From Balanoglossus misakiensis (Eukaryota > Animalia > Hemichordata), in assembly GCA_040954595.2 (NCBI GenBank), contig CM082583.2:10181656-10245655 (forward strand): a stretch of DNA of 64,000 nt. The letters run 5' to 3'. How positions within the stretch are numbered: position 1 is the first letter of the stretch; each line of letters begins with the position of its first letter. Made by a program: the position numbers and the translations under genes. Under the pieces are notes generated by a model. The model was given only the letters and a program-made list of their open reading frames with translations. It had not been told where the DNA came from and did no database searches. Shown piece by piece: positions 40,101-53,704 of the stretch.

Positions 40101-43100
40101 CCGGGTGTAATTTGCTGTTAGGGGCTGAGCTGAATGAAAAGTGACGCTCGTGTCAGTTCATCAGAACCTCATGTCAGAAGTCCAGCGGTTTCTCTGTGTG
40201 TAGAAACTATTACGCACTGAACAGCTCTATTGTATTGCAGTGGAGAAGAAATGAGTTTGGACGGGAGAACTGACTTCTGAGATTCGGAGCGAGTGTGCAG
40301 CATGCAAATTACCAAAATACCCCTGACCTCCTGTCAAATTGTTTCTAAACGACTAGTTCTATACTCTCTTTGCTATTAGGTTAATTTTCATGCTCTGGTA
40401 TTTTTTGTACAGGAAGTCGACGTTGCGTGCCAGTTGTATGTGTGGTTGTGGAAGGGGGACCAAATACCATCCGTTCTGTTCTCACCATGGTCACTGATAT
40501 GCCTCCGATACCCATAGTGGTTTGCGATGGCAGTGGTAGAGCTGCTGATTTGCTGGCCTTTGTCCATAAGTTTGCAGGGGATGATGGGTAAGTCAGTCTT
40601 CTTTGGGGGTTGGGGTAGAACACCCTTGGTGTACGCTTCAACTTGTATGCAGGGAATGATGGGTGAATAGTCTTGGGATTACTGAATGATTCTGTATTTT
40701 CTTATTGGTACGTGCTGGGAATGAAAACAAGAAAATCCAAGTGTGATCTTTGATCGAGGTTAAGATGAAGATATGCCGTGCTTTACAAAGTTCCTTTGAA
40801 TAAAAAAATCATGTGTTGATGAAAACATAAAGATTTTAAAGGATTTTTGAAGATTTCATCACGACATTGTGAGACATCACACAGGGATAATTAAGCATTC
40901 AAGGAAATGATTGCATCTTGATCTGACGTTTGCTCAACGTTGTATTCTGTAGGACGATGTTAGACACACTACGTGACCAGCTTCTAGTGATTATCCAGCA
41001 GTCGTTTCTATTCACCCGGGAGCAGGCAGAGAAATTATTTGTGGAACTAATGTTGTGTGTAAGAAGGAAGGATCTGGTGAGTGTCAACACACACAAAAAT
41101 GGTCATTTGCATTTGTCATCTGGGGAGACGACCTATCGCTGCTGCTTTTCTTCCGCCGAAAAACACCATGCATAAATTCTCACATTTGACGGAGCATTCA
41201 TGGAATTTTCCATTTGCCCTTTGATGCAAAAGTGGAGAATCAGACAAGACTTGAATATAAATAAATGTGAAGATGCATATTGTGTTTAAGTTGACTGAGG
41301 TCTGTTTTTTGAGTTTGGCTATTTGTCTGGACTTGAGATTGACAAAATATACCAAAAAATGAAATTCCAGTCTTGTGTTGCCTTCGCAGATCACGGTGTT
41401 CCGGCTGGGCGACAATGAATCCGAGGACATTGACCTGGCCATTTTGACAGCGTTATTGAAATCCCAGAACTCCTCGCCCATCGATCAGCTGCAACTGGCC
41501 CTGGCCTGGGACAGGGTGGACATTGCCAAAAAACAGGTCTTTGTCTACGGAGTGGAGTGGCCGGTGAGTCCCTCAGCATTTCACTGACTTTTCAATATTC
41601 TCCCACAGTGTAACAATATTATAAAAACCAATATAATGCTTAAAAAAGGACAATTTTGTTCCTGTAATGGTTTTAATTTCACGGTAAATAACTGACAATA
41701 ATTCTGTAGTGTTTTATCAGCAAAGCATATTCCCTACTGAACATCTTATCATTTCGTAGGCTTATCGTAACACACACACACACATTATCTCCAAAGATCT
41801 GATCCTGCAGAGGTTATCAGGGATGTAGCCTTATGTGCCAGTACTCTGAAGGCTTTAGATCTCAAATAGTAGGCGGGAAAATACGATTAAATTTCATGAG
41901 ACGAAAGCTGAAAGTAAATCAGTAAGACGCCGCAGCACATTAAGAATGTAGGTGGGTTTTTGTGACTGTACCTGTCCCAGTCTACAGCCCTGGAGGAGAT
42001 GCGATATGATACTCCACTTTAAAACCAACAGTGGGCTTGTGCCTGAATGCAGTGCAGTTTGGCAGTTGAAATTCTTTTTCTGTTAAAACCTGCGTGTTGG
42101 CTTGTTCATCTTGTTTTATCTGCGACGTTGAAACATCAAGTGGAATTCTTAAACACATGTGATCCACTCAATAAACAAGAATTAGTCTTAATCCCAGGAC
42201 AGTGACGGTCAAAGCCTGGGTTCAGGAAATCGTATATAATTCCATCTCCACTGTGAGTCTCCCGTGTGAATTGTTCCATGTCGTTAACCTTGTCCTGAGA
42301 GTTCCCTGACCCGAGCGGCAGTATATCAAGCGGATTGGGATCTGACAACCGACATGTAATTCTGTGAATCAACCGACCCTCCTGCTAAATTATGCATTGT
42401 GGTTCAATCAAACAAAAGCCGTGGGTAGCTTCGCAATGAATCTTGCATGATAAGGGAAAGCAGATGTGTGTGTTCATCAGCCGAAAAAATCCATCTATTT
42501 TGTGGCAGCCATTACTTCCCAAGATCACGACTTTGGCATCTCAATAAAAGCAGTTCAGAAGCTGTTACAAGTACATTAGAAAATTTGCTGATTACAAACT
42601 GATACACTTCATACAAAACTTGTAAACTTGAAATAGGTCCCACTGTTGTGATCAACATAGAAATTTTCCTGACGTGTGGGTTCCTCTTAAGTGCAGTGGT
42701 TTTACTTCCAGTACATTTGATTTTGATCACACAGCAGTCATCTGATTAATTGGGGCGTGCAGCCAAATGTCACAAGTTGTGCGGCACAATTAAAGTCCAG
42801 AGACTCAGCCCCCGTACGCTAGTGTATTTTTCTATACGTTTAATTGACCATGTGAATGCGTTTTGAATGAAGTCATAAGGTGGAATATTTACCAAAGTTC
42901 ACTGTATATAGATTGGTGTGTGTCATGAAAGCAAACAGCATGAGATGTGATGGTGATGCGAATGATTTGCGTAGGCCCAGAGTGATCTTTGTTTAAGTGC
43001 ATGAATTTAAAATATTGTGTATGGTAATGATGGTGGCTTGCTATGTGATTTTGTCAGGTTAACTTGAAAAAAGGGAAGTGTTTATTCCCGGCCTTGAACT

Positions 43101-46100
43101 GAGCTCTGTGGACAGACCCAGTCTGGTTTATAAAGTAAAATAAAAACAACAAAAATACTGCTGGATTGTAATTTTATGTGGAATACCAGCTTGTTTCGTA
43201 GTCTGCCAAGGCAAGCGCATAGGTTAACCAACTCTGACAGTAATTTGAAGCACAAATTGCAAAATGATGTGTTTTGCAGTGTGAAAACCGCGGGTTGACG
43301 TTTTCATTGCTTGAACGATAGCACCACTTTAATAGGGACGTCTTGCGTATAATACTAGAACATGCTACCTCTCGCCTGTTAGTTACAATATCTACAAAGC
43401 AAGGCCAGCCACTTCTGCTGTGATTTGTCAAGTGCAATCAGAGGCCAGGCTGTCAAGTCGGCAGTCGGCTGTATTGGCAAACTATGATTAAACTGCCTTG
43501 AGCGTTCATCCATTGGAATACGTACTGCACATCATTAAACATTGAAGATCTCTGTCTAAATGCTAAATTACTGTAAGTGGGTTGCATGTTAACTGTCCAG
43601 CCCCTTGCACAGTGCAGCACCTGAATATTACTGAGTTTTTATTTCAGCAAATTGCTAGATATGACAAATTTAGTGTTGATAGGGACCCCTTTTAGGTCTA
43701 TTCGCAAGGAACCCAAGAATGATGTCACAAATGGTTGAGGGAGGGGGAATGGCACAACAGAAAAAACAAATCTAAACTCAACACTAGAGCTCCTATTCCT
43801 GATGAATGGATGAACATGCCAGTGAATTAAAGATGATGGTGGTTCTGAGAAAAAGCTATGACCTTGGCACGTTTTTCATTTCTTGTAGGAGGGAGCTCTG
43901 GAGCAAGCTATGATGGATGCACTGGTGTTCGACAGGGTTGAATTTGTCAAACTTTTGATGGACAACGGAGTCAATATCCAGAAATTCTTGACATTTACAC
44001 GACTAGAGGATCTGTACAATGCAGTGAGTATCCAGTACTATGAGAGTTTTCAATGAAGAGTGGATTCCTGTTTGAAAAGTGACCAGTCGTCCAGCTAGCA
44101 ATTTTCAAAACAGACAGAATCGGAGGCAAGCATCATAGTCTGGTGATTTTTTAACACAGAAATTTTTTAATTAAAAAAAGAATGCAGTAACTAATTTACA
44201 CCATGACTTTTCTTTGTCAAGGTCGGTCCGATGAGTACACTTCATTATCTAGCAAGAGATTTGCAAAAGGTAAGAAACAGATCTCATTGTTCACAGCAAC
44301 AGCACTGAATTTATACTTTAAAAAATCCCCTGTCTCCTCTTGCCCCAGGAAGTAAATCTCTTGACTTGTCTTCCCCCTCATCCCTGCAGGCTGGTCATAA
44401 TTACCAGAGGTACACTTTGGTTGACATTGGCTTTGTGGTCGAGCACTTGATGGGAGGGGCGTACCGGTCGCTGTACACTAGAAAGAAGTTCAAAGTCGTG
44501 TACCAAAGTGCCGTGAGGAACCACGGTCTCAGGGTAAGTGTCTTTTAATAGAATCGTGAAAAATCGCGAGAGTTTTTTTGCAAAAGTAAATCCACGACCC
44601 ATTGTGTTTGTGCGTCAAAAGTGCTTCTTTATCCCGAAAGTCTTCCAGGTGGAATATATTTCGTGTTGAAATTGTTATTCAAAAATTGTCAGGTTTTCCC
44701 AATGTCCAAACAAATCAACTGATACCGTTTCAGTCTCAATAGCATTTTCACTGTCACCAGGGTGGTGATTGGTCACCCTTTTTGTCTTTCATCTTTTCTC
44801 TCTCTCTTGCATTCTTTCTTTCATTGTAGCGGCACCATCACAGCTATTCTGTGAATCAGGTTTGTCTCCCAGCTGATGTGTCCTCTCTTCTAAAAAACAC
44901 TCCCGATCTAGGAGTTTTGTCTGCAGTGTTTTTTTTATTGTTGTGGTGTTGTATGTTTTTTTCTGCTTTTAATACGCTCTTAATATTAACCAGGAACATT
45001 TTTTATGTAGAATGTGTTGTATTATGTTTCGTTTGTTTTTGAGTGTGATTGGGAATTTGAAGGATTGTTTTATTAATGCCTCTGTTTTAAAATGGCCACA
45101 TCTCTAACTTCTGATAGCTTTTTATTTATCTAACTGCCATTGGTATATGTACAGTGTAAGAACTGTAGTTTCTTGTTGAACTCCATAAGTCATACTGAAA
45201 ATACAATTCAACTAAAATACAGACAGGATGTTCTGATGTGCTTTAGAGTGATTGGAACAAGAAACTGCAGTTGACACACCAAACATCAAAAGGTACAGCT
45301 GTAGTCCCTCTTCTACAAAGAAATATCAGTATGACGCAAAAACTGTTCATAGTAAATTAGTAATGGCCATTTTACTGTCTGGATGGCAGATTGTTGCATC
45401 GCACATATCGCTGGCCGGTGAACCAGAGCAGAGGGTCAACAGCAAGACTGAATCGTTCATGTACCCATTCCACGAGCTCATGGTGTGGGCCGTGCTGATG
45501 AAGAGACACAAGATGGCGCTCTTCATGTGGGCGCAGGGGGAGGAGGCGTTGGCCAAGGCACTGGCGGCCAGCAAACTCTACAAAGCCATGGCGCATGATG
45601 CCGAACACGACGAGATCCAAGTGGATACGGCGACTGAGCTTCGAGAGTATTCCAGGTACGATTTCCAAGTGTGGTGTGGATGGAGATGGCTAACATACAA
45701 GGGTGCTTGTTGTATTGTCATGTCTGTAATCTATAAACCAGTGCCATCAATGGGCTACAAAAATGTGCAAAATTATGATCGTGAATTTTTGTTCTCTGTC
45801 CGCATGACAGTGAGTTTCAGAACTTGGCACTGAAACTTCTGGAACAGTGCTACCAGGTGAACAGTCTCCTGACTCAACAGCTGCTGACCTACGAACTCAA
45901 GAACTGGAGCAAGCTGACCTGTCTCAGCCTGGCCGTGACAGCCAACCACAAGGAGTTCATCGCGCATCCGTGTTGCCAGACTCTGCTCAACGACATGTGG
46001 ATGGGCGGCCTGCAGATGAGAAAGAATACAAGTCTCAAGGTACGACCAGTCTTTCCTGTTCACAGTTTAACCCTTTCACCACCATGGATTGGTCCAAATC

Positions 46101-49100
46101 CATTGTTTTCCATGGTAAGGTTGGACCTTTATAGAGGGAACTGGGGTGAACGGGTCAAGATTTCTCATGAATGGATATGATGAGTCACAGCTTGAATGAA
46201 AACCTGCATTTCATCAATTCCAGGTGATCATGGGCGTCCTTCTCCCGCCGACCATCATGTTGCTGGAATACAAAAGCAAAGAGGAGCTTCAGCGGATGCC
46301 GCAGACCATCGAGGAACACTACCACGACTTGCAGGAGTCCAACGAGAAGGCTTCGTATCAGGAGGAGATGGAGATGGAAGTGAGTGCAGAAACAGAGAAA
46401 CATGTTTACAGATTTTTGTTGTCAAATTTTAGTGATGATTGACAAGTGCAGTGACTGTCTGAAATTGCAAGGATGTCATTGTAATATGGCTTCAGTGTAT
46501 CTGATGTGTGCCCCCCAAAAGTTTCCCATGGTTTGCATTCTGCATGTAAACAGATGTGCCATTTGTATTTTAATCGTGTGATTTGGTTGCCATGTGGTAA
46601 TAAGGACAAACTGTTTTCCTTCCCCGGCCATCTTGACAATTCAGGATCTACTCAGCGAGGAAAGCAAGAAGATGATGTCCAGTGGCATCACCAATGTCGG
46701 CCAGAAAGCGGCCATGATTCTGGGCGTGCCAAGTTCACCGGACGAAACAGACACCAACAAGAAGAGCGCGTTGAAATCTGGGAAAAAGATCTACGAGTTC
46801 TACAATTCACCTGTCTCCAAGTTTTGGTCCCACAGTGTAAGTCCAATCTCAGTAGCTGTTTATTTAATTCTTGTACAAGTTAGTGTGTGTGGTTCACCTG
46901 TTTTCTGGATATAAACAAAACAATGATTTTATTTGCAGATGGCATACATTGTATTTATGATCATTTTCAACTACGTGGTACTAGTGCGTATGGATGAGCT
47001 GCCCAGCTGGCCTGAGTGGTACATCATGGCATATGTCATCACCTTTGGCATTGAAAAGACCAGAGAGGTAGGCTTCATTTGGTAAATCTGGATAATTAAG
47101 ATTGGGGTATAAGTAGCAATAGCATGAATTTTTAACATACATCCTGAAAAAGTAACCAATCAGACAGCAAGCAACATAGCCTGTTACTGGCGGTTATCTG
47201 CATGCAATAAGAATTAAGAGCTACTCCTTTCTTTGTTGCAGTTGTTTATATCAGAGACTGGCAACTTTAGCACCAAGGTGAAAATATTTTACAGCGACTA
47301 CTGGAATATCGTGGACACAGTTTCGGTTCTCTTGTTCCTAGTGGGCGTCACTCTACGATTCATCCCATCCACCTTGCAAGAAGCCAAAGTTATTTATTGT
47401 GTAGATATTATATTTTGGTATATCAGATTATTGGATCTATTCAGTGTTAATAAGTACCTTGGACCTTACGTGACCATGATGTCAAAAATGGTGAGTATGT
47501 CGTACTGAGAACAAAAATGATTATTAAGTTTAAACTAATGAAAGATGGTCCCTGTAATCTGTTTTCTTTTGCCTTTTTTTCCATCTTAACTCTAGCAGAA
47601 TGTAAACTCTGTGAACAGATTTTGAATAGATGTGTTGACAAATTAATGCTTGTAACAGTGTCTCTATGCAAAGTCTGTGTGATTACAGATAATGTCATTC
47701 TCATTTTATGTCTCTAGGTAGTTGACATGATTTACATATGTGTAATTATGACGGTGGTTCTGGTAAGCTTTGGGGTGGCCAGACAGGCCATTAAGTTCCC
47801 CAATCTGCCGTTTTACTGGACCTCAGTCAAGAATATATTTTTAGAGCCTTACTTCATGTTGTACGGTGAAGTCTATGCCCCGGATATTGATCGTGAGTAT
47901 TCATTCACATGTGTTTGGTGAAAGGGGGAAAAATGATGGAAAAACCTTTTTTTCTTGTAATTTCTGGTGATAGTACATGTCACAATGTTTCAGGGGGAAT
48001 CATGTATTGTTGCACTTATTCTGATCAGTTGATTGCTGATTAACACAGACAGTCAAGATAAGATACGTTTTTTTCAACTGTCTGTAATTACATTATGGGG
48101 AAAAAGCTTGCAGGCAAGAGTGGTATTACTGGTAAGTGGTTGTCAGTCGTGATATTTCAACTCTGTTAGCCTTGCAAGCAATTGAACGGTGCTTTGCCTT
48201 CCCCAAATAGACGTGTCTGTCCAGCTTGTTATTCTAAAAATAAAGCGCTCGTCGGTAACACCGGAAAGAGGATACTGGAGACATGGCCCAGTCGTAATCA
48301 CATTTTCAGGCATGAGCTCCCAGTCAGTTGTGAAAAAAAAACACGTAGCCACAGTTGCCATAGAGATTGGGCATATCGCAAACTTCATTGGGCTAGGGAG
48401 CATGGAAAAAAGTGGGCCAGTTCAAGAATGCTCAGATGGGGGTCCCTCTGTCACGTTTAATGAAACGTAGGATTTTTTTTGTTCCAGCACTACTGGTCTA
48501 GCATTCAGTGATCTCCATGCAAAACTCATTTTGTTTTAATTCACATTTTTTCAGCACCATGTACAGACGAAGACCCAACAGCTCCACAGTGTTCAACGGG
48601 CCACTGGATCACACCCCTCATAATGACGTTATATTTACTGGTAGCAAACATTCTGTTGATCAACCTTCTGATTGCTGTCTTCAAGTGAGTACCAGCGACA
48701 TCACACTACTAGAGTGGACCGTTTTCTTTGTGTTTTTTTCCAAACATATATTTTTCACATTTGTTCGCATGTATTAAATGATTTGACTTCTGCTTTACTT
48801 CTATTCCCAGTAATACTTTTGCAGCAGTCAATGCAATATCACGGCAAGTCTGGAAGTTTCAGCGTTATCGTCTCGTAATGGAGTACGAACAGATGGCCGT
48901 TCTGGCTCCTCCGGCCATTATCGTCAGCCATGTGTACATGTTTATTCGTTTCCTGTTTCGTCGCTGTCGTAAATTCCGTCCAACTACCTTAGACAAGGGG
49001 CTGAGTGAGTAATCTCTGTTTGTTTCTTGGCTGTAGGGTAAGTTGTAGGTGCGTGGTTTGGTAGTTGTACTGCATTAACAGCTGGAATAGCTGTGTAATG

Positions 49101-50944
49101 CAAATTATGTGATCAAAGAACACTGTATATACCGGTAACATGTATAAGATATGTTTCTATACCGGGCATAGGATGCATGTGCCTGAGTTGTCTCACCCAC
49201 TGCAGGTTATCTCATCATATGTTAATGTAGTTGCCTGACCTCACATGAACTTGCTTTTGACAGAGCTGTTTTTGTCCGATGAGGGTGTGGAGAAGCTGTT
49301 TGACTTTGAGGAGGAGTGCATGGAGTATTACTTCCGCAACGAAGATGAGATGAAAAGAAGTTCTAATGAAGTCATGGTCGCAGAGACGCATGAACGGTGA
49401 GCTAGATTGACATTTCAGGCATATCATATTCAAGTAAATCATACAGTGATCTCAGTGGTAAATATTTAATTATGAATAATTGATATCGCTTGTTTATTTT
49501 TGTATTTCTTTTGAAAAAAAACCCCCACAGAACTGAAGCCATGTCTCTGAAGCTGGAAGAAGTGAACGAAAAGAACATCAGAACCAAACTGTCGATTCAG
49601 AGTGTGGATCAGAGACTGGTGAGATTGGAACAAATAGCTATGCAAACTGTCACTGCAATACAATCAATGCAGGAGTTACTGCAACAGGTGCAGGTGGTTC
49701 AAGTAACTGCCGATCAGATGACGGTCGGTGGCGCCGCCGCCGCACTGGAAAAACACTCAGATCTCGTGAGACATCGCACTGAACAGGCTGAAGGGGGCAC
49801 TGCTACAGTGAGAGACGATCAACAGGCAGGAGTCAGCGCCGCCAAACAGGAAACTTTGGCGATGTCTTCTAAAATGCAGCAGATCAGTCAGAGCACCGAC
49901 AGTACAGGGTCAACCAAGTCCTCTATGTCGTCACAGAAATTGGGTAGTCCGTTGAAGAGTGTTTCATTTGACAGCACAGACACAAGAGAGAGTGATAACG
50001 TAGTTCCTGGTCAGTTCCCCACCACGCTTGACTTCGACACCGACAGGGTGAAGTCGGCAACGTACAAACTGGAGCGACAAGAAACCGTGTTCAGCACGGG
50101 AACTTCGAAAGATCCGTCTGAGCAGGCACTGTCGCCGGAAGACAGCGACTCAGGGAAGAAGATGCCACGGACGGCGAAGAAGCAGAGAAGCACCTTTGAG
50201 CGTTGGGCATCTATGCAGGAGTCGGCGCAGTCCATGGATTCGTGCATGTCAGACGAGGAAGAGTTCCAGCCGCCACGACGACAGATTTCCAGGCACGGAC
50301 GCAACCCGCCCTCTACATCCCTGCCCAAGCTGCGCATGCCAGTCGACAGTGCAAGGCCCAGCACGAGCAGGGAGACCTATGGCCTCGCGAGGCAGGTGTT
50401 GCTAGGCGCGGTCGGCAACAGCCTGATGCCGAGGCAGACGGACAGCCGAAGAAGTTCGGACAGCAACATGTCGCAGTTTAGTTTCGCCCCCGACGACCAG
50501 ATCGGCCATTTACAGATTCCCAAACCTTACACCAGCATACCCACGTACACGAGCATCACGGACGCGATCGATACGAGCATTGTGAGAGATTCAGCTCCCC
50601 CCAGCCCTTCCCTGTACAACCCCAACTACCACACAATCACCGAATCCATCGACACGACCGTGAGAGAACCCCATGCACTGCAGCGGCACAACAGCACCGC
50701 CAAGGACCCGGACTACGACATCAACCGCTACAGCTCGCGGTACATGATCCACAGGTTCTCGCAGGACGAGTCGGCCCACCTCAAGTTGGCCGAGCAGAGG
50801 GACTACGAGCTGATGGAGAATGAGGTGCACGACAAGTTGCAGCGGGCCAAGTCCACCAGTTCGGGCGAAAACCAAACCCCGACGCACACTGTGGAGTTTC
50901 AGCTCGGTGGGAGAAAGTTGAAAAAGCCCAAAACTAAACCGTGA
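31168..50944 (+). CDS. TRPM cation channel of the TRPM1/3/6/7 group (TRPM3-like, no C-terminal alpha-kinase), ~1619 aa
   Basis: Exons: 31168-31170 (ATG|gtaagt, Met-only exon, less certain), 36347-36426 ([15 protein letters not shown]), 38511-38679, 38931-39144, 39342-39466, 39831-40002, 40413-40587, 40953-41076, 41390-41563, 43889-44023, 44222-44269, 44390-44533, 44830-44859 (possibly optional), 45390-45655, 45811-46039, 46224-46379, 46645-46836, 46939-47067, 47242-47490, 47718-47892, 48555-48684, 48811-49004, 49264-49396, 49531-50944 (4860 nt). MHR motifs [40 protein letters not shown]. Pore YGEVYA, S6 NLLIAVFN, TRP box VWKFQRY, coiled coil, long disordered tail. Confidence 0.92.
31631..31855. 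promoter_or_regulatory. Cluster of nuclear-receptor half-sites including a perfect DR5 (31638-31654) and DR4 (31840-31855) in TRPM intron 1
   Basis: TGACCT-ggagg-TGACCT and TGACCT-tatg-TGACCT read directly, plus TGACCA (31631) and TGACCC (31664). Function is unproven. Confidence 0.35.
46067..46158. mobile_element. Putative ~90-bp non-autonomous piggyBac-like MITE in a TRPM intron
   Basis: Left end TTAA-CCCTTTCACC. Right end GGTGAACGGG-TCAA, 2 mismatches to a perfect inverted repeat. Internal hairpin ATGGATT…AATCCAT. A similar isolated right end GGGGATGAAAGGGTTAA sits at 54194-54210. Confidence 0.5.
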
Positions 50945-52969
50945 GAAGTTTAGAAAATACTGATGTGTATTCTTCTATGCATTACTCGTACATAGTGTAA
51001 ACAACTGTGTTTATTAAGCAGTAAGATTAACCAAATGGCTGGTTATCAGCTTTCACATGTACTGTTGTTTGAAAAGTGCCAATGGGGGAAGTCATGGCCA
51101 GAGTTCGTGACTGTACATACATAACAAATTAAGCTCATGGACGAATGGGCAATATTTACTCGTTATGCCAGAGGTCATTCACTATCATTGCCGAACAGCG
51201 TTACACCACTTGTATTGACTGTGTGTCACATGCTTTTGTTTCAGCCAATCGTGAGATTTGTATCATAACTTCTGATGTGATAATCCTGTATGAGAGAGTG
51301 GGAGAGGGAGGGAGGGAGGGGGAGTAAGGATGTCCATTACATGAAATAGTCAATTTTTCAATACATGGGTTTTGTTTAATTAAAGTTCAGATCACATTTC
51401 AGGGATACATTTTCAAAAAAATAACAGCCCTTGATGAAATCTTCCATGTTTAGCAATATGCAAACTTGTGTGGACTCATACTGACTGACAATATGCAAAT
51501 TGGCATCCATTTTGAAATTCACATATTGATACAGTTGAGGTAAATTTTGCACTCTGATCCAAAAATGACATGCTTTTTGATATTTTATTATTTTTACAGA
51601 GACTGCCATGAATGAACGTTAATACTGGTTTTTGAATATATACTCTGTCAAATGAAACAAGCAGTGTCACATACTTGTTTTGTCATGGCAAAAATATATA
51701 CTTGAAATAGATTTCAAAATCAGGGATATGTGAAAATTTACTGAAATCACTGATGAATTTCCTTAAATTCGAGTGTTAAACAGTACTGGAGGAAAAGCCC
51801 TGAGGCAAGTCTCTTCATGGAATCAAATCTATGGTTTAGAATATGTATATTGTTAAAATATGATACTGATAGTGTGAAACTATTGAAGGGTAGAACCAGT
51901 ATGTGTACATCTTTTAAAATATACAGTTTTTGACATGGAACAACTGTTAGAATGCTGTGTACATGTACATTGTAATATAGAAACTTAGTATTTTGTACTG
52001 AAGTCATAGAAACATTTCTAACATTCTTGTATTTACTGTACATAGGTTGGAAGTTAATTTATAATGTGAGGTGTGTAATGAACAGTGTGTACAAGTACAT
52101 GTATGCAGCAGAAGCCAATAATGGAAAGTGTACAGCATTCTATTTAGTCTGAAGAGGCTAATTATCCTCTGAAAGCCACGATGTATCTATGCCGCATCTT
52201 GTCTTGTTTAACAGTTTGTTTACTCTTTGTTACTGTTGCTGTACAGGTTTTTGTCACGATGTTTCACAGTGATACAGGTTTATCCTGATAAACTTGGCAG
52301 GGCATAGATTTGTAACTAATAATCTCTTTACTTCCACACAGGAAGGTTAACAGTGGAAGTAACATGTCACAAGTTTATGTAAGTAAACTCAATCCATTAG
52401 CTCTCAAATTTACCTTTCCTAGTAGCAATACAAAGCAGTGAGACTGTTTTACAGGTACCGATATAAATCGAGAATTTTAAGACGTGTTAGTTTGCCAGCT
52501 TCAGATTCATTTATTCCAGAGATGTGCACTCTTTTCACTGTCTACATGTAATTGTATGCTTTAAAGTGCACAGTGCAAAGTCAAGAACTGAAATTCAGTT
52601 TAGTGATCATATCAGTGTAGTAGAGGGATGGAAATTTCCAAAAGCCAAATTTGTCTGGAATCCTCTCCTCTTTGCAAACCTGTACTCTATATCATGAAGT
52701 CAACAATGAAATTGAAATGCAAAAAAACAAAACAAAAACGAATTGTCATTCCAAGTGTTTTATCCTTCTTTGTCGAATCCAACATTCCATTCAGAACAAT
52801 CAAAATAGGGACCCAATCACAATTTTCTCTCCATTGATAACAGGTTATTTTGTTATGTGAATGACAATAATTCTTGTAATAAGTTGGTACTGTATGTCTG
52901 TGCATTATCACAGTATTTGAGGCTGCTTATTTTTTTTCATTTTTTTTCCACAAATACATGCATTTCACT

Positions 52970-53095
52970 CACGTGTCATACTCATCTATCCATCATCTGT
53001 AAATCTATACATGTACATCTATAAAATGTATGCATATATACACATACATTAATACACACATACCTCCATCCATCCATACATATACTGCCATACAC
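52970..53095. repeat. Degenerate (CATA/CATC/CA)n low-complexity tract between the convergent TRPM and DDX49 3' ends
   Basis: Runs such as catctatccatcatc, catatatacacatacat and ccatccatccatacatatatac. Confidence 0.5.
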
Positions 53096-53704
53096 ATGAC
53101 TTAGTCAAACATTGCAATTCAGGTTGTACAGATCTGTACTCAACTTTTAACATTCAGGTTTAATATCAAGCCACAAGCTGTTCTTTTTGTTTCATTGTCT
53201 ACCTCAAACATGTGAATTAGATTCCTTCCAGTGGTAAGTGAGTTGTTTGAGATATAGATACAATCAGCTTTATATTTTATTTCTGTGTGAATGGAAGTCT
53301 TCTCTTCTGTATTAAATAAATGAAGTGAAGAATCATTCATTGGATATGTTTTTTCCCCTACTAGATATTGTGTGCAGCTATGAGCTGGTGTTTATCTGTA
53401 TCGAGCGTAATGATTTTGGAGACAATCGGTGGCTTGTTCAAAGACATGCTCAGGTAGCCATATTCTATTACATTATTTGAGTTCAACTACTAGTAATAAC
53501 ATGCCTCTGACCAGACAAAAAAGGACACATTTCCTATTCATAAAAATGATGCCATTTTATTTTTATGTTGAATCTGTTACTGAAATATTCGGTACATTCT
53601 GTATGTTTTACATGACTGTATGTTTTACATGACTAGAAACCACAGTAAATATGAGCTGAAAGATAGATGTAACCAAATAATCTCTGATTCATTGCTGAAT
53701 ATCT

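Noticed and set aside
41564-43888. Search for an intronic miR-204/211-like hairpin, as hosted by vertebrate TRPM3/TRPM1
   Set aside because: No match to the mature sequence and no convincing hairpin seen by eye.
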